Shown piece after piece: positions 1-8,070 of a stretch of DNA of 20,613 nucleotides. The notes under the pieces were generated by a model. That model had not been told where the DNA came from. It made no database searches and saw only the letters and a list, made by a program, of their open reading frames with translations. Within the stretch, counting starts at the first letter, position 1. Each line of letters opens with the position of its first letter. The stretch covers positions 1 through 20,613 of the forward strand of contig JBHGBC010000107.1 in assembly GCA_041946805.1 (NCBI GenBank). Direction: 5' to 3'. The position numbers and the translations under genes are program-made. The stretch is from a bacterium. Its GTDB lineage: Bacteria; Hinthialibacterota; Hinthialibacteria; Hinthialibacterales; Hinthialibacteraceae.

Positions 1-38
1 TCATCCTGTACATCCTGGCCATCCTGATTCAGAACAAA

Positions 39-171
39 ATCCCCTCTCCCTCTGGGAGAGGGCCAGGGTGAGGGAATTATTGTAGGGGCGGACCTTGGTG
101 TCCGCCCGAATTTCATCGCGTGGATGGAATGCCTTCTTCACCAGCGGGTACGCACTTGCCGGATTAACCTT
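39..171. repeat. ~133 bp composite dispersed repeat, copy 1 (CCCTCTCCC-TCT-GGGAGAGGG hairpin, GTAG-type REP-like palindrome and conserved tail)
   Basis: Aligns end to end, in the same orientation, with 12587-12717 (manual count about 22 mismatches plus a 2-nt gap, ~82% identity). Contains CCCTCTCCC/GGGAGAGGG (42-62) and GTAGGGGCGGAC...GTCCGCCC (82-107). Confidence 0.85.
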
Positions 172-206
172 AAAAAAAATGGGCCGGATTACCACTCGGC
201 CCATTT
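172..206 (-). terminator. Probable intrinsic terminator downstream of the Gfo/Idh/MocA gene
   Basis: 10-bp stem AAATGGGCCG (177-186) / CGGCCCATTT (197-206) with a 10-nt loop, running into a T-tract on the minus strand (A8 at 172-179). About 40 nt past the stop at 244. Confidence 0.7.
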
Positions 207-243
207 CTTGGCTGTCATCGTAACTGCGAGGCGGACGGTTTTC

Positions 244-1248
244 TTATTCCAGCGAGAACTCCGGCAGCGCCACCGCCTTGCCGCCCTGTTTCTTGCTCAC
301 GTCCGCCATTTGCATGAAGGCATACATCTCCACAATCTCCTGGGCGTCCAGGGGCGGTTGCTTCGTCTGGAAGAACTGGACGATCTGCTCGACCAGGCCC
401 TTGTAGCTGTGTCCTTCCACGGTCGAATTCCCCTTGTCGCCGAAGATCCGCGCGCCGTAACTGTGCGCCCCGGCGCGGGTGCCCCGGAACGTGCCGATCC
501 GGCCGTCCGCCCATACGCCCACCACCACGTCCGTGTCCGGCGTCGAAATACGCGACACTTGTTTGCAGCCCGGCCCCATGGCCGCGTAGAGAATCTCCAC
601 CCCGTGCACGCCGTACCAGAAAAGGTCGGGATGATGCGGCTCCAGGCTGCAGGGCGCGAAGGCGTCGCAGCCCAGGATCTTGCCCACCTTGGCGGGATCG
701 ATCCCCTCGCGCATCCCGCTCCACCAGCGCAAGCTCGATCCGCCGAACCAGGGGATGCCCGCCTTCTTGGCCAGCCGCGCGATTTCCAGCACGTCCTCGT
801 ACGTACCGCCCACCGGCTTGTCGATGAAGAAGGGCAGGCCGGCTTCGATCACCGGCTTCACTTGCTCCAGGTGGGGACGCCCGTCGACGCTTTCGATCAG
901 CACGCCGTCCACGTGCTTGCACAACTCGGCGATCGAATCGTAGATCTTCACGCCCCATTTTTCCGTTAATTCCTTCGTGTATTCCTCCACCCGGCCGATG
1001 CTGGATTCGATGTCCGGGCTGCCGCCCTTGAAGCCCGCCACCACCTTCGCGCCGGGAACGTGTTCGCCGTTTTGGGGATTGTTGAGCATCTGGGTGAAGG
1101 CCACCACGTGCGACGTGTCCAGCCCCACCATGCCCAGCCGGATCACCTTCTCCTCCGCCGCGGCCCCGGTCCAGGCCGCGCCCAACATTCCCGCCACGCC
1201 GAGCGCGGCCAGGCAGGTCCACACTATTTTCTGGCTCGTGATTCTCAT
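244..1248 (-). CDS. Gfo/Idh/MocA family oxidoreductase with N-terminal signal peptide (334 aa)
   Basis: Motifs IRLGMVGLDTSH, VDGVLIESVDGRPH, FIDKP and WYGVHGVE. Start moved to ATG 1248 because an AGGAGG RBS lies directly upstream. Hydrophobic leader ends in AAA-EE. Confidence 0.88.
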   Translation of the reverse strand: MRITSQKIVWTCLAALGVAGMLGAAWTGAAAEEKVIRLGMVGLDTSHVVAFTQMLNNPQNGEHVPGAKVVAGFKGGSPDIESSIGRVEEYTKELTEKWGVKIYDSIAELCKHVDGVLIESVDGRPHLEQVKPVIEAGLPFFIDKPVGGTYEDVLEIARLAKKAGIPWFGGSSLRWWSGMREGIDPAKVGKILGCDAFAPCSLEPHHPDLFWYGVHGVEILYAAMGPGCKQVSRISTPDTDVVVGVWADGRIGTFRGTRAGAHSYGARIFGDKGNSTVEGHSYKGLVEQIVQFFQTKQPPLDAQEIVEMYAFMQMADVSKKQGGKAVALPEFSLE

Positions 1249-1249
1249 G

Positions 1250-1831
1250 CTATTCCTCCTTGATTGGATTGGATATTCTCTCCGCGATTTCAAGACTCGA
1301 CCAGGCCACCATTAAATCACCCTGGCTGTGAATCCCGTTACTGATGTCATACGGGCGGAAAAAATCCAGCACCGATTTCCGGGCTTGCTGTCCGGCCGCC
1401 ATCGACGCGGTCACCGAAGGCTGGGGCAGCGGCGACAACGGGGGCGCCGGCGCGCCCACCGCGAACGTGATCGTACACGCGGGAACCTCGGCCGGCGTTT
1501 CCGTGGCATGGACTGCGTAACTATAAAAATGGATCACGGGATATTCCGGTATGGGATATCCCACCTTTTCGAACACGGAAGCCGTGAGAGTCGCGAAGCC
1601 ATCCGAGCGGAAGTTCTGGCCGGATGAAGTGAGCGGATGCAAACCCCTCGGGAAATGAAACGCCTCGAACCGCACCATTTGGTCCGCCAGCGCCTGCAGT
1701 TCCCTTTGACGGCTCAGAATCTGTCCCCGCAGCTGCGCGTCAATAAACCGGGGTAAGGCATAGGCCAACGCCAGGGCCCATACCGCCAGCATGATCCATA
1801 ACTCCAGAACCGAGGGCTTTTTCAGACGCAT
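1250..1831 (-). CDS. Degenerate type IV pilin/pseudopilin-like membrane-anchored protein (193 aa)
   Basis: N-terminus KKPSVLELWIMLAVWALALAYALPRFIDAQLR resembles the prepilin pattern GFTLIELLIVVAIIxILAAIAxPxF. C-terminal YDISNGIHSQGDL motif. Stop lies 1 nt before the next start. Confidence 0.62.
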   Translation of the reverse strand: MRLKKPSVLELWIMLAVWALALAYALPRFIDAQLRGQILSRQRELQALADQMVRFEAFHFPRGLHPLTSSGQNFRSDGFATLTASVFEKVGYPIPEYPVIHFYSYAVHATETPAEVPACTITFAVGAPAPPLSPLPQPSVTASMAAGQQARKSVLDFFRPYDISNGIHSQGDLMVAWSSLEIAERISNPIKEE

Positions 1832-1870
1832 GGCGCCGCGTTTCCGATTCGGGCATCCATCTTCGGCTTC

Positions 1871-2950
1871 TCATGCTTTGCCGTCGTTTTGCAGCAGTTC
1901 CAGCATGGCGCGGTCGAGCTGATGCCCTTGGAATTCCTCGTATTTCGCGCCTTCCCGGCGGCTGTCCACGAGGCCGAAACTCCCCCGCAGGTTCCACAAC
2001 GCCCAGCCCCAACCGGCTTCGCGCCACAACGAGAGGCAATCGGTCATCCACGCCAGCGCCACGTTGTAAGGCACGCGGCTGTATGCGCCCCATTCGCCCA
2101 CGTGCACGCCCACGCCCTTGGCCTCCAACTCTTTCCAGGGTTTGATTCTCTCTTCCTTCAACCTCTCCTTGTCCCAGACCTTGTCGCCTTCCTTCAACGG
2201 CCAGGTGGGTTCCGGCCATTGGTCCGAACCTGAGATCCACGAGGCCCGGTGATGGCTGATGCGCATGGGATCATAGCCCCGCGTGCTCTGCGCGATGCCC
2301 AAGTCCGCCAGGGACAGGACGGGGACGCGGCCCCATTGCAAGCCGTCGATGATAACCAGCCGCTCCGGATCGGCCGCACGGATGGCTTCCACCGCCGCCC
2401 GCACCACGCGGGTATACACCGCCTCTTCAATGCGGGGCGGCTCGTTGAGCAGGTCGAAACTCACCTGGGTATTGGGGATCCCTTTGTAGCGCTCCGCGAA
2501 GCTCTTCCACTGCAAACAGAACTGTTTCAACGCCTCGTCCGAGGTCCACAAGTCAAGCGGCTCGGCGGGGGGATTCACGCAATAGCCCGGCCCGCGGTGC
2601 AGGTTCAGGTTGATATGAATGCCGTACTGCTTGCCCCATTCCACCGCCTGGTCGATGTGCTTAAGAACCGATTCATCCAACTTATAGGGATCTTTGGGAT
2701 CCGTCCAGCAGCGGTAGTCCGTCGGCAGCCGGAAAAAATCGAAGCCCCAGCTCTGGGCCCACTCGAAATCGCGTTCCTGGTAGGGACTGTTCTGGCGCAA
2801 GGTGAACTTCTCCAGCAGATTGAATCCCCGCCACCGGGGCAGTTGGGCCGCCGAGACGGCGGGACTGTCCGCCGCCCCGGCCGTCTGCCACATCGCCAAT
2901 CCCCCCGCCAGCGCGGGAACCGAAAGCAAAAATTCACGCCGTTTCATCAT
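1871..2950 (-). CDS. Glycoside hydrolase family 5 (cellulase family) with Tat signal
   Basis: WRGFNL, FFRLP, NLH, acid/base motif LLNEP, nucleophile motif HVGEWG and GWALW. Twin-arginine leader MKRREFLL. Confidence 0.92.
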   Translation of the reverse strand: MMKRREFLLSVPALAGGLAMWQTAGAADSPAVSAAQLPRWRGFNLLEKFTLRQNSPYQERDFEWAQSWGFDFFRLPTDYRCWTDPKDPYKLDESVLKHIDQAVEWGKQYGIHINLNLHRGPGYCVNPPAEPLDLWTSDEALKQFCLQWKSFAERYKGIPNTQVSFDLLNEPPRIEEAVYTRVVRAAVEAIRAADPERLVIIDGLQWGRVPVLSLADLGIAQSTRGYDPMRISHHRASWISGSDQWPEPTWPLKEGDKVWDKERLKEERIKPWKELEAKGVGVHVGEWGAYSRVPYNVALAWMTDCLSLWREAGWGWALWNLRGSFGLVDSRREGAKYEEFQGHQLDRAMLELLQNDGKA

Positions 2951-3016
2951 GGTTCAACCTCGTTTGTTTTATTCTCGAATCATGCGCTTTTCACCAGCGG
3001 AAAACTGCCCTTACTA

Positions 3017-3040
3017 TACCGTATGGCAGCCATACAGGTA
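3017..3040. promoter_or_regulatory. Palindromic candidate operator between divergent carbohydrate genes
   Basis: Perfect 7-1-7 palindrome GTATGGC-A-GCCATAC (3021-3035) flanked by TACC/GGTA. It sits beside a minus-strand TATAGT (3013-3018) and ~30 nt upstream of a plus-strand TGnTAAGAT (3066-3074). Confidence 0.45.
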
Positions 3041-3079
3041 ATGGATGGTTGAGGGGGCGGATTTTTGGTAAGATGATAT

Positions 3080-3326
3080 GCCGCGGGTTGAAACCCTCGG
3101 CAACGGAGGTTGGTCTTTATCCACGCCACGGCAGGGCAGCCCGGTTTTCCGCCCAGGATTGAAACCCTGGGCTGCTTTCGGCGGCCCCTTGAAAGGGGCG
3201 CGTTAAAAAAAGATGGTTGAATCGCAAAGTAGATCCAAGCCCCCTTCAGGGGGCGGCTATACAGCAGCCGAGGGTTTTAACCCTCGGCGCTTTGTATGAT
3301 GTAATTACGGGGTTTTAAGCCTCGGC
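3080..3326. repeat. Cluster of REP-like hairpins including an inverted doublet (REPIN-like)
   Basis: Hairpins GCCGCGGGTTGAAACCCTCGGC (3080-3101), GCCCAGGATTGAAACCCTGGGC (3151-3172), GCCCCTTGAAAGGGGC (3184-3199), GCCCCCTTCAGGGGGC (3239-3254) and GCCGAGGGTTTTAACCCTCGGC (3267-3288), plus a degenerate copy at 3308-3326. Segments 3151-3199 and 3239-3288 are inverted copies of each other. Confidence 0.8.
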
Positions 3327-3359
3327 TTTAACTCGGCATATATCCACGGAGGTTCACCC

Positions 3360-4694
3360 ATGAAACGCCGCGATGTGCTGTCGTTGTTGTCGATCGGGGG
3401 AATGGGCATGGCTGGGGCGTTCGCACCCGCCGCGTGGACCGCGGACGAATCCGCGCCTGCGTCCAGTCCGGGGACCAAAATCACCGATGTGAAAGTCGTA
3501 TTGACCGCGCCGGAACGGATCCGCCTGGTAGTGGTGAAAGCCGAAACCAACCAGCCGGGATTGTACGGATGGGGGTGCGCCACCTTCACCCAGCGGCCGC
3601 TGACCGTAAAGACGGCCGTCGAGGAATACCTGCGGCCGTTCCTCATCGGCAAGGATCCGTCCAACATCGAGGACATTTGGCAATCGTGTTTTGTCAGCAG
3701 TTATTGGCGCAATGGGCCGGTGCTCAACAACGCCATCGCCGGCGTGGACATGGCTCTGTGGGACATCAAGGGCAAGCAGGCGGGCATGCCGGTCTATCAA
3801 CTGCTCGGCGGGAAATGCCGCTTCGCCGCCGATCTCTACGCCCACGCTTCCGGACGCGACCTGCAGCACCTGGAAGAGAACGTCCGCCAGTGGATGGAGA
3901 AAGGCTACCGCCACATCCGCGTCCAGGTCTCCATTCCCGGATACGCCACGTACGGATCGGCCTCCGATCAAAAAATGGCGGATGAACACCTGCCCAAGGG
4001 AACCAGCGTGTTCGAGCCGTCCGCTTATGTCCGGCACATCCCGGACATGTTTGAATACTTGCGCGGCAAGATCGGTGGGGACATCGAACTCCTGCACGAC
4101 ATCCACGAGCGGATATCCTGCGCCCAGGCCGTATGGCTCGCCAAGCAGCTCGAGCCGTACAATCTCTTTTTCCTGGAAGATCCCCTGCCGCCGGAAGAGG
4201 TCGATCATTTCCGCCTGATCCGCCAGCAATGCGCCACGCCGTTGGCCATGGGCGAACTCTTCAACAACGCGCACGAGTGGAACGATTTGATCTCTCAGCG
4301 TCTGATCGACTTCATCCGCGTGCACCTGTCGCAGATCGGCGGCCTCTCCCCCGCCCGCAAGCTGGCCGCGTTCGCCGAAGCTTTCGGCGTCAAGACCGCG
4401 TGGCATGGCCCCGGCGACCTCTCGCCCTTCGGCCAGGCCGCCAACATCGCCTTGGATCTGGCCTGCTACAACTTCGGCATCCAGGAACAGCACATCTACA
4501 ACGACGCGGCCCAGGAAGTCTTTCCCGGCTGCCTGAAAATCGAAAACGGCTACATGTTCGCCAACGAAGCCCCCGGCTGGGGCATCGATTGCGACGAGGA
4601 AAAAGCCCAAAAGTTCCCGTTCCCCGAATCGCCCAGCTTCGATCAATTCTGGGGCAACACCCGCCGGCGGGATGGGACCATCGTGCGGCCCTGA
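3360..4694 (+). CDS. manD: Enolase-superfamily sugar-acid dehydratase (ManD/RspA, D-mannonate/D-galactonate dehydratase family) with Tat-like leader
   Basis: YWRNGPVLNNA, DMALWDIKGK, metal-ligand motifs LLHDIHER, FFLEDP and MGELF, and TAWHGPGD. GGAGG RBS upstream. Leader MKRRDVLSLL. Exact substrate cannot be read from the sequence. Confidence 0.88.
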   Translation: MKRRDVLSLLSIGGMGMAGAFAPAAWTADESAPASSPGTKITDVKVVLTAPERIRLVVVKAETNQPGLYGWGCATFTQRPLTVKTAVEEYLRPFLIGKDPSNIEDIWQSCFVSSYWRNGPVLNNAIAGVDMALWDIKGKQAGMPVYQLLGGKCRFAADLYAHASGRDLQHLEENVRQWMEKGYRHIRVQVSIPGYATYGSASDQKMADEHLPKGTSVFEPSAYVRHIPDMFEYLRGKIGGDIELLHDIHERISCAQAVWLAKQLEPYNLFFLEDPLPPEEVDHFRLIRQQCATPLAMGELFNNAHEWNDLISQRLIDFIRVHLSQIGGLSPARKLAAFAEAFGVKTAWHGPGDLSPFGQAANIALDLACYNFGIQEQHIYNDAAQEVFPGCLKIENGYMFANEAPGWGIDCDEEKAQKFPFPESPSFDQFWGNTRRRDGTIVRP

Positions 4695-4977
4695 AACGAT
4701 ATTCCCCGGCGGGTCCGTTCTGAAATCATGAAAATGGACAAAAACAGTGGAGGATCGAACAGGTTGTCTCACCCCATTTTCCCTTGGCGCGCCTCTTGCT
4801 GGCATGACATATTGGATCACTATCTTGCGTCCCGGGCTCCTCTCCCGGAACCGCCTGTTTTTTCACCGTTGGTGGAAGAATCACTTTCCGGTTGCGGGAT
4901 TGGATAGGCCGCCGGGGCTCTTCTTGAGCCGTGTTACCGAGGAGTCTGTTTCATACTCCCTCCGCCTGGAGGCCGTG

Positions 4978-5973
4978 ATGATCGTTCAAAACCCTGCGCG
5001 AGCGTCCTCAGGGGGCTCCGCTTCCCGGATCCGCCTCAAAGCGGACGAAAAGATCAGTTGGTTTGGCAACATCCCCTTTCTGCTGGTCCATGCCGGGTGC
5101 CTGCTGGTGTTCTGGGCGGGATTCAGTTGGACCGCGCTGGGGATCGGTCTATTGAGCTTCTTCAGCCGCATGTTCGGCATCACCGGCGGATTCCACCGCT
5201 ATTTTTCCCACCGGACCTACAAAACCAGCCGGGTGTTCCAGTTCCTGCTGGCCTTTTGGGGAACCACCGCCGCCCAGATGGGCCCGCTGTGGTGGGCCGC
5301 CCACCACCGCACACACCACCGCTTTTCGGACACGGAAAACGACATCCATTCCCCCGGCGTAAAGGGATTCTTCTACTCGCACATGGGTTGGATTCTATGC
5401 CGGAAAAACCACGTCACGCATTGGAAGAACATCCGCGACTTCGCCCAATTCCCCGAATTGCGCTTTCTCGACCGCTACCACTACCTCGCACCCGCCACGC
5501 TGATTCTGTTGCTGGCCAGCGCGGGTTTTCTCATCGAAGCGTTCCTGCCCTTCCTCGAAACCACTGCGTTTCAAATCCTGGTGTGGGGATTCTTTCTCAG
5601 CACGGTGCTTTTGTATCAATGCACCTTTTCGATCAACACCTTCGCCCACATGATCGGCAAACGCCGCTTCGAAACGCATGACGACAGCCGCAACAGCTTC
5701 TGGCTGGCCCTGGCAACCCTGGGCGAGGGATGGCACAACAACCACCACTATTATCCCGGTTCGGAACGGCAGGGATTCTACTGGTGGGAGATCGACATCA
5801 CCCATTACATCCTGCGCGTGCTCTCGTGGTTCGGCCTGGTGTGGGACCTGCGGACTCCGCCACCGGAGATCTACGGTGCCGCCCAAGCCGGCCGGGGCGT
5901 GAAACAGGAGAACCGCATCCTGCCCGCCCTCGTTCCCGCACGAAGCAATGGCGGTCCTGCCCCGGCCGCTTGA
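4978..5973 (+). CDS. Acyl-CoA (delta-9-type) fatty acid desaturase (331 aa)
   Basis: Three histidine boxes (HRYFSH, HRTHH, GEGWHNNHH), WWEID motif and hydrophobic segments. Start moved to ATG 4978 behind GGAGG (4968-4972). Confidence 0.92.
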   Translation: MIVQNPARASSGGSASRIRLKADEKISWFGNIPFLLVHAGCLLVFWAGFSWTALGIGLLSFFSRMFGITGGFHRYFSHRTYKTSRVFQFLLAFWGTTAAQMGPLWWAAHHRTHHRFSDTENDIHSPGVKGFFYSHMGWILCRKNHVTHWKNIRDFAQFPELRFLDRYHYLAPATLILLLASAGFLIEAFLPFLETTAFQILVWGFFLSTVLLYQCTFSINTFAHMIGKRRFETHDDSRNSFWLALATLGEGWHNNHHYYPGSERQGFYWWEIDITHYILRVLSWFGLVWDLRTPPPEIYGAAQAGRGVKQENRILPALVPARSNGGPAPAA

Positions 5974-6208
5974 GAGATCATCCCAAAATGCCACCGCCGG
6001 CCGGCTGATAGCCACGGCTGGAAGCGGGGGGGCCGCAGGCATACCAACGGCTTGGCCTATTCATTATTCGATCCTCACAGGGGCGGGATTTGTGCAGGAC
6101 CGGCCGGTGGACCCTCCTGCCGCCACCGCGATGGTCCATCCAACCACCGGCCTGGATTTCTCCACGGATAATATTTCCCGGTTTTCATCGGGAAACATCC
6201 GGATTTTG

Positions 6209-6217
6209 TGATATACT
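6209..6217 (+). promoter_or_regulatory. Candidate extended -10 promoter element
   Basis: TGaTATACT in an AT-rich patch about 90 nt upstream of the ORF at 6307. Confidence 0.35.
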
Positions 6218-6306
6218 ATACGACAGCAACAATGAGTGTTTCATTTCAATTCTTGATCAATTCTTGAGGGTTTCGCAACGGTGTACGACAGCGAAGTGGG
6301 GACTCG

Positions 6307-6711
6307 ATGCTGCCACCGAATTTGCTCTTGGATGCCGTGTCGGCGGAATCCATGGTGGTTCAAGCCACACGGGTGCAACGGCCGGATCACTTGACGCAAC
6401 AGGAGATCCAGAACCAACTTCTGTATGCGCAAGAGGAAGAATTGCTGCAAGCCGGGATCCGGTCGCCTTCGTATGTCCCTCCCGCCCATCCCCTGACCTT
6501 GCATCATGAAAAACCGGAAGAGGCCCTGGTCTTTACCTATCTGCCGTTTTACATGAAATCAGCCCGCTCCACCGCGCGCAACCGCAAAAACGCCGCGCGG
6601 GAGATCATGCCGCCCTCCCGCCTGGAAATCGAACGGGACAAGGGCGCGGTGGGCTACAGCGTCCACAATCAACTGTATGACAAAGGGCAGATCATGGACC
6701 TGCTCGCGTAA
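6307..6711 (+). CDS. Hypothetical protein (134 aa)
   Basis: Fills the gap between the desaturase and the convergent peptidase. Protein-like composition; ends 11 nt from the peptidase stop. No family recognised and start uncertain. Confidence 0.6.
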   Translation: MLPPNLLLDAVSAESMVVQATRVQRPDHLTQQEIQNQLLYAQEEELLQAGIRSPSYVPPAHPLTLHHEKPEEALVFTYLPFYMKSARSTARNRKNAAREIMPPSRLEIERDKGAVGYSVHNQLYDKGQIMDLLA

Positions 6712-6722
6712 GCGATGCTTCC

Positions 6723-7604
6723 CTATCCGTTTTTATCCATTTCCCGCAAAAAATCCCGAATCACCCGCAAATAGGCGTCCGTCTCCTCCAGGTGGGGCAT
6801 GTGCGAACTGTTTTCGAAGACCGCCAGACGGGAGCCGGGGATGAGTTTTTGATACTCCGCCGCGGCTTCGGGTGTGCTTTGGTCATGGTGGCCGCAGGTG
6901 AGCAGAACAGGCAGGCTGAGTTCCCGCAACCGGGATACACAATCGTAAGTCTTCAAGTTCCCCTCGACCGTAAAAATGCTGAGCCCCAGCATGGTTTCCA
7001 ACACTTGCAGACCCATGCCCCCGCTGGCTTGTTGGAACGGCCTGGGGAACGGGCGGATCCGGCAAACGTGGCGGTATTGGTATTCATACACCGCCTGGCG
7101 GAATTCCAGGCTGTCCGTGGAGCCCTGGCGAATATGTGTGTCGAGAGTGACACGGACTGGTTCCGGCAGTCCGGCCTTGAGACGTTCGGCGTCCTGGATC
7201 ACCCGCGGGATGCTGAACGCGGGACCGGCGAACACCAGGCTGACCAACCCTTCCGGCCGGGTGAAGGCGTATTCGGCCGCGAGGATGGAACCCCACGAGT
7301 GGCCGAAAAGATGGAAACGGTACAAACCGAGCAGTTCCCGCAAGGCTTTGAGTTCCCGCACGTACCGCTCCACGGTCCATAGCGCGGGATTGTCGGGCCG
7401 GCCCGACCGGCCGCAGCCCAGCTGGTCGTAGAAAACCACCGGCCGTTCGTCCGCCAATTGTTCCAGTGGATCCAGGTAATCATGGGGGATGCCCGGTCCG
7501 CCATGCACGACCAGCAGGGGAATACCCCGGGGCGGACCGGCAATACGATACCAAATCAGGCCTTCATGGAGGGGAAGATAACCTTCACGGCACGCAATCG
7601 GCAT
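6723..7604 (-). CDS. pip: Proline iminopeptidase-family alpha/beta hydrolase
   Basis: HGGPG, YDQLGCGRS, nucleophile elbow GHSWG, Asp in GHHD and His in SSHMPHLEE. Confidence 0.9.
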   Translation of the reverse strand: MPIACREGYLPLHEGLIWYRIAGPPRGIPLLVVHGGPGIPHDYLDPLEQLADERPVVFYDQLGCGRSGRPDNPALWTVERYVRELKALRELLGLYRFHLFGHSWGSILAAEYAFTRPEGLVSLVFAGPAFSIPRVIQDAERLKAGLPEPVRVTLDTHIRQGSTDSLEFRQAVYEYQYRHVCRIRPFPRPFQQASGGMGLQVLETMLGLSIFTVEGNLKTYDCVSRLRELSLPVLLTCGHHDQSTPEAAAEYQKLIPGSRLAVFENSSHMPHLEETDAYLRVIRDFLREMDKNG

Positions 7605-7799
7605 CAGAGAAAAAAATCACCCTCCCCTCGGGTTCCCTGGTGATTCCGATAGGAACGATTTACCGGATCGCATAACGGTTTTAAATCGTCAGCGCGGTTA
7701 AACCACCCCCGGGCCACCACCCTGGGAAAACATCCCGCCCGGTTCCTTCCCCCCTTCCCCCTCCTGGAAGAGAAGCCGGGCGTGTGGGCCTATTGTGAT

Positions 7800-7816
7800 G
7801 CAGGCATCCTGCCTGC
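7800..7816. repeat. REP-like palindrome GCAGGCATCCTGCCTGC
   Basis: GCAGGCA-TCC-TGCCTGC, a perfect 7-bp stem in intergenic DNA 23 nt past the stop at 7840. A possible degenerate relative lies near 12513-12537. Confidence 0.45.
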
Positions 7817-7839
7817 CGTTTCCGTCCTTCAGGTCCTTA

Positions 7840-8070
7840 CTACATCTCCTCATCTTCACCGGTATCGGGCTTGAAGAAATCGGGGATCATCCAATAGGGA
7901 GCGGCTAAAAACCACACCAGGGTCGCCCAGTTGAACCAGGTTTTGTAAATGCTGAAATCCTGCTGGTAATCGCCCGTCGGTGAGCCCCAAAAGGCCCGCA
8001 AGGGCGTGATCAAGCAAACCAGCAGGGCCAGGATCGAAATGACGGCGCAGGCGATTCGTCCCGTGTTCAT
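7840..8070 (-). CDS. Small two-TM membrane protein translationally coupled to the permease (76 aa)
   Basis: ATG at 8070 overlaps the permease stop (ATGA) and has an AAAGGAGG RBS. Two hydrophobic segments; ATLVWFLAAPYW. Confidence 0.72.
   Translation of the reverse strand: MNTGRIACAVISILALLVCLITPLRAFWGSPTGDYQQDFSIYKTWFNWATLVWFLAAPYWMIPDFFKPDTGEDEEM

Noticed and set aside
3080..3326. Possible CRISPR array
   Set aside because: Units are degenerate, irregularly spaced and in mixed orientation, and there are no cas genes.
6095..6155. Possible structured RNA (GGCCGGTGG...CCACCGGCC) downstream of the desaturase
   Set aside because: Short GC-rich complementarity without any recognisable riboswitch or ncRNA motif.
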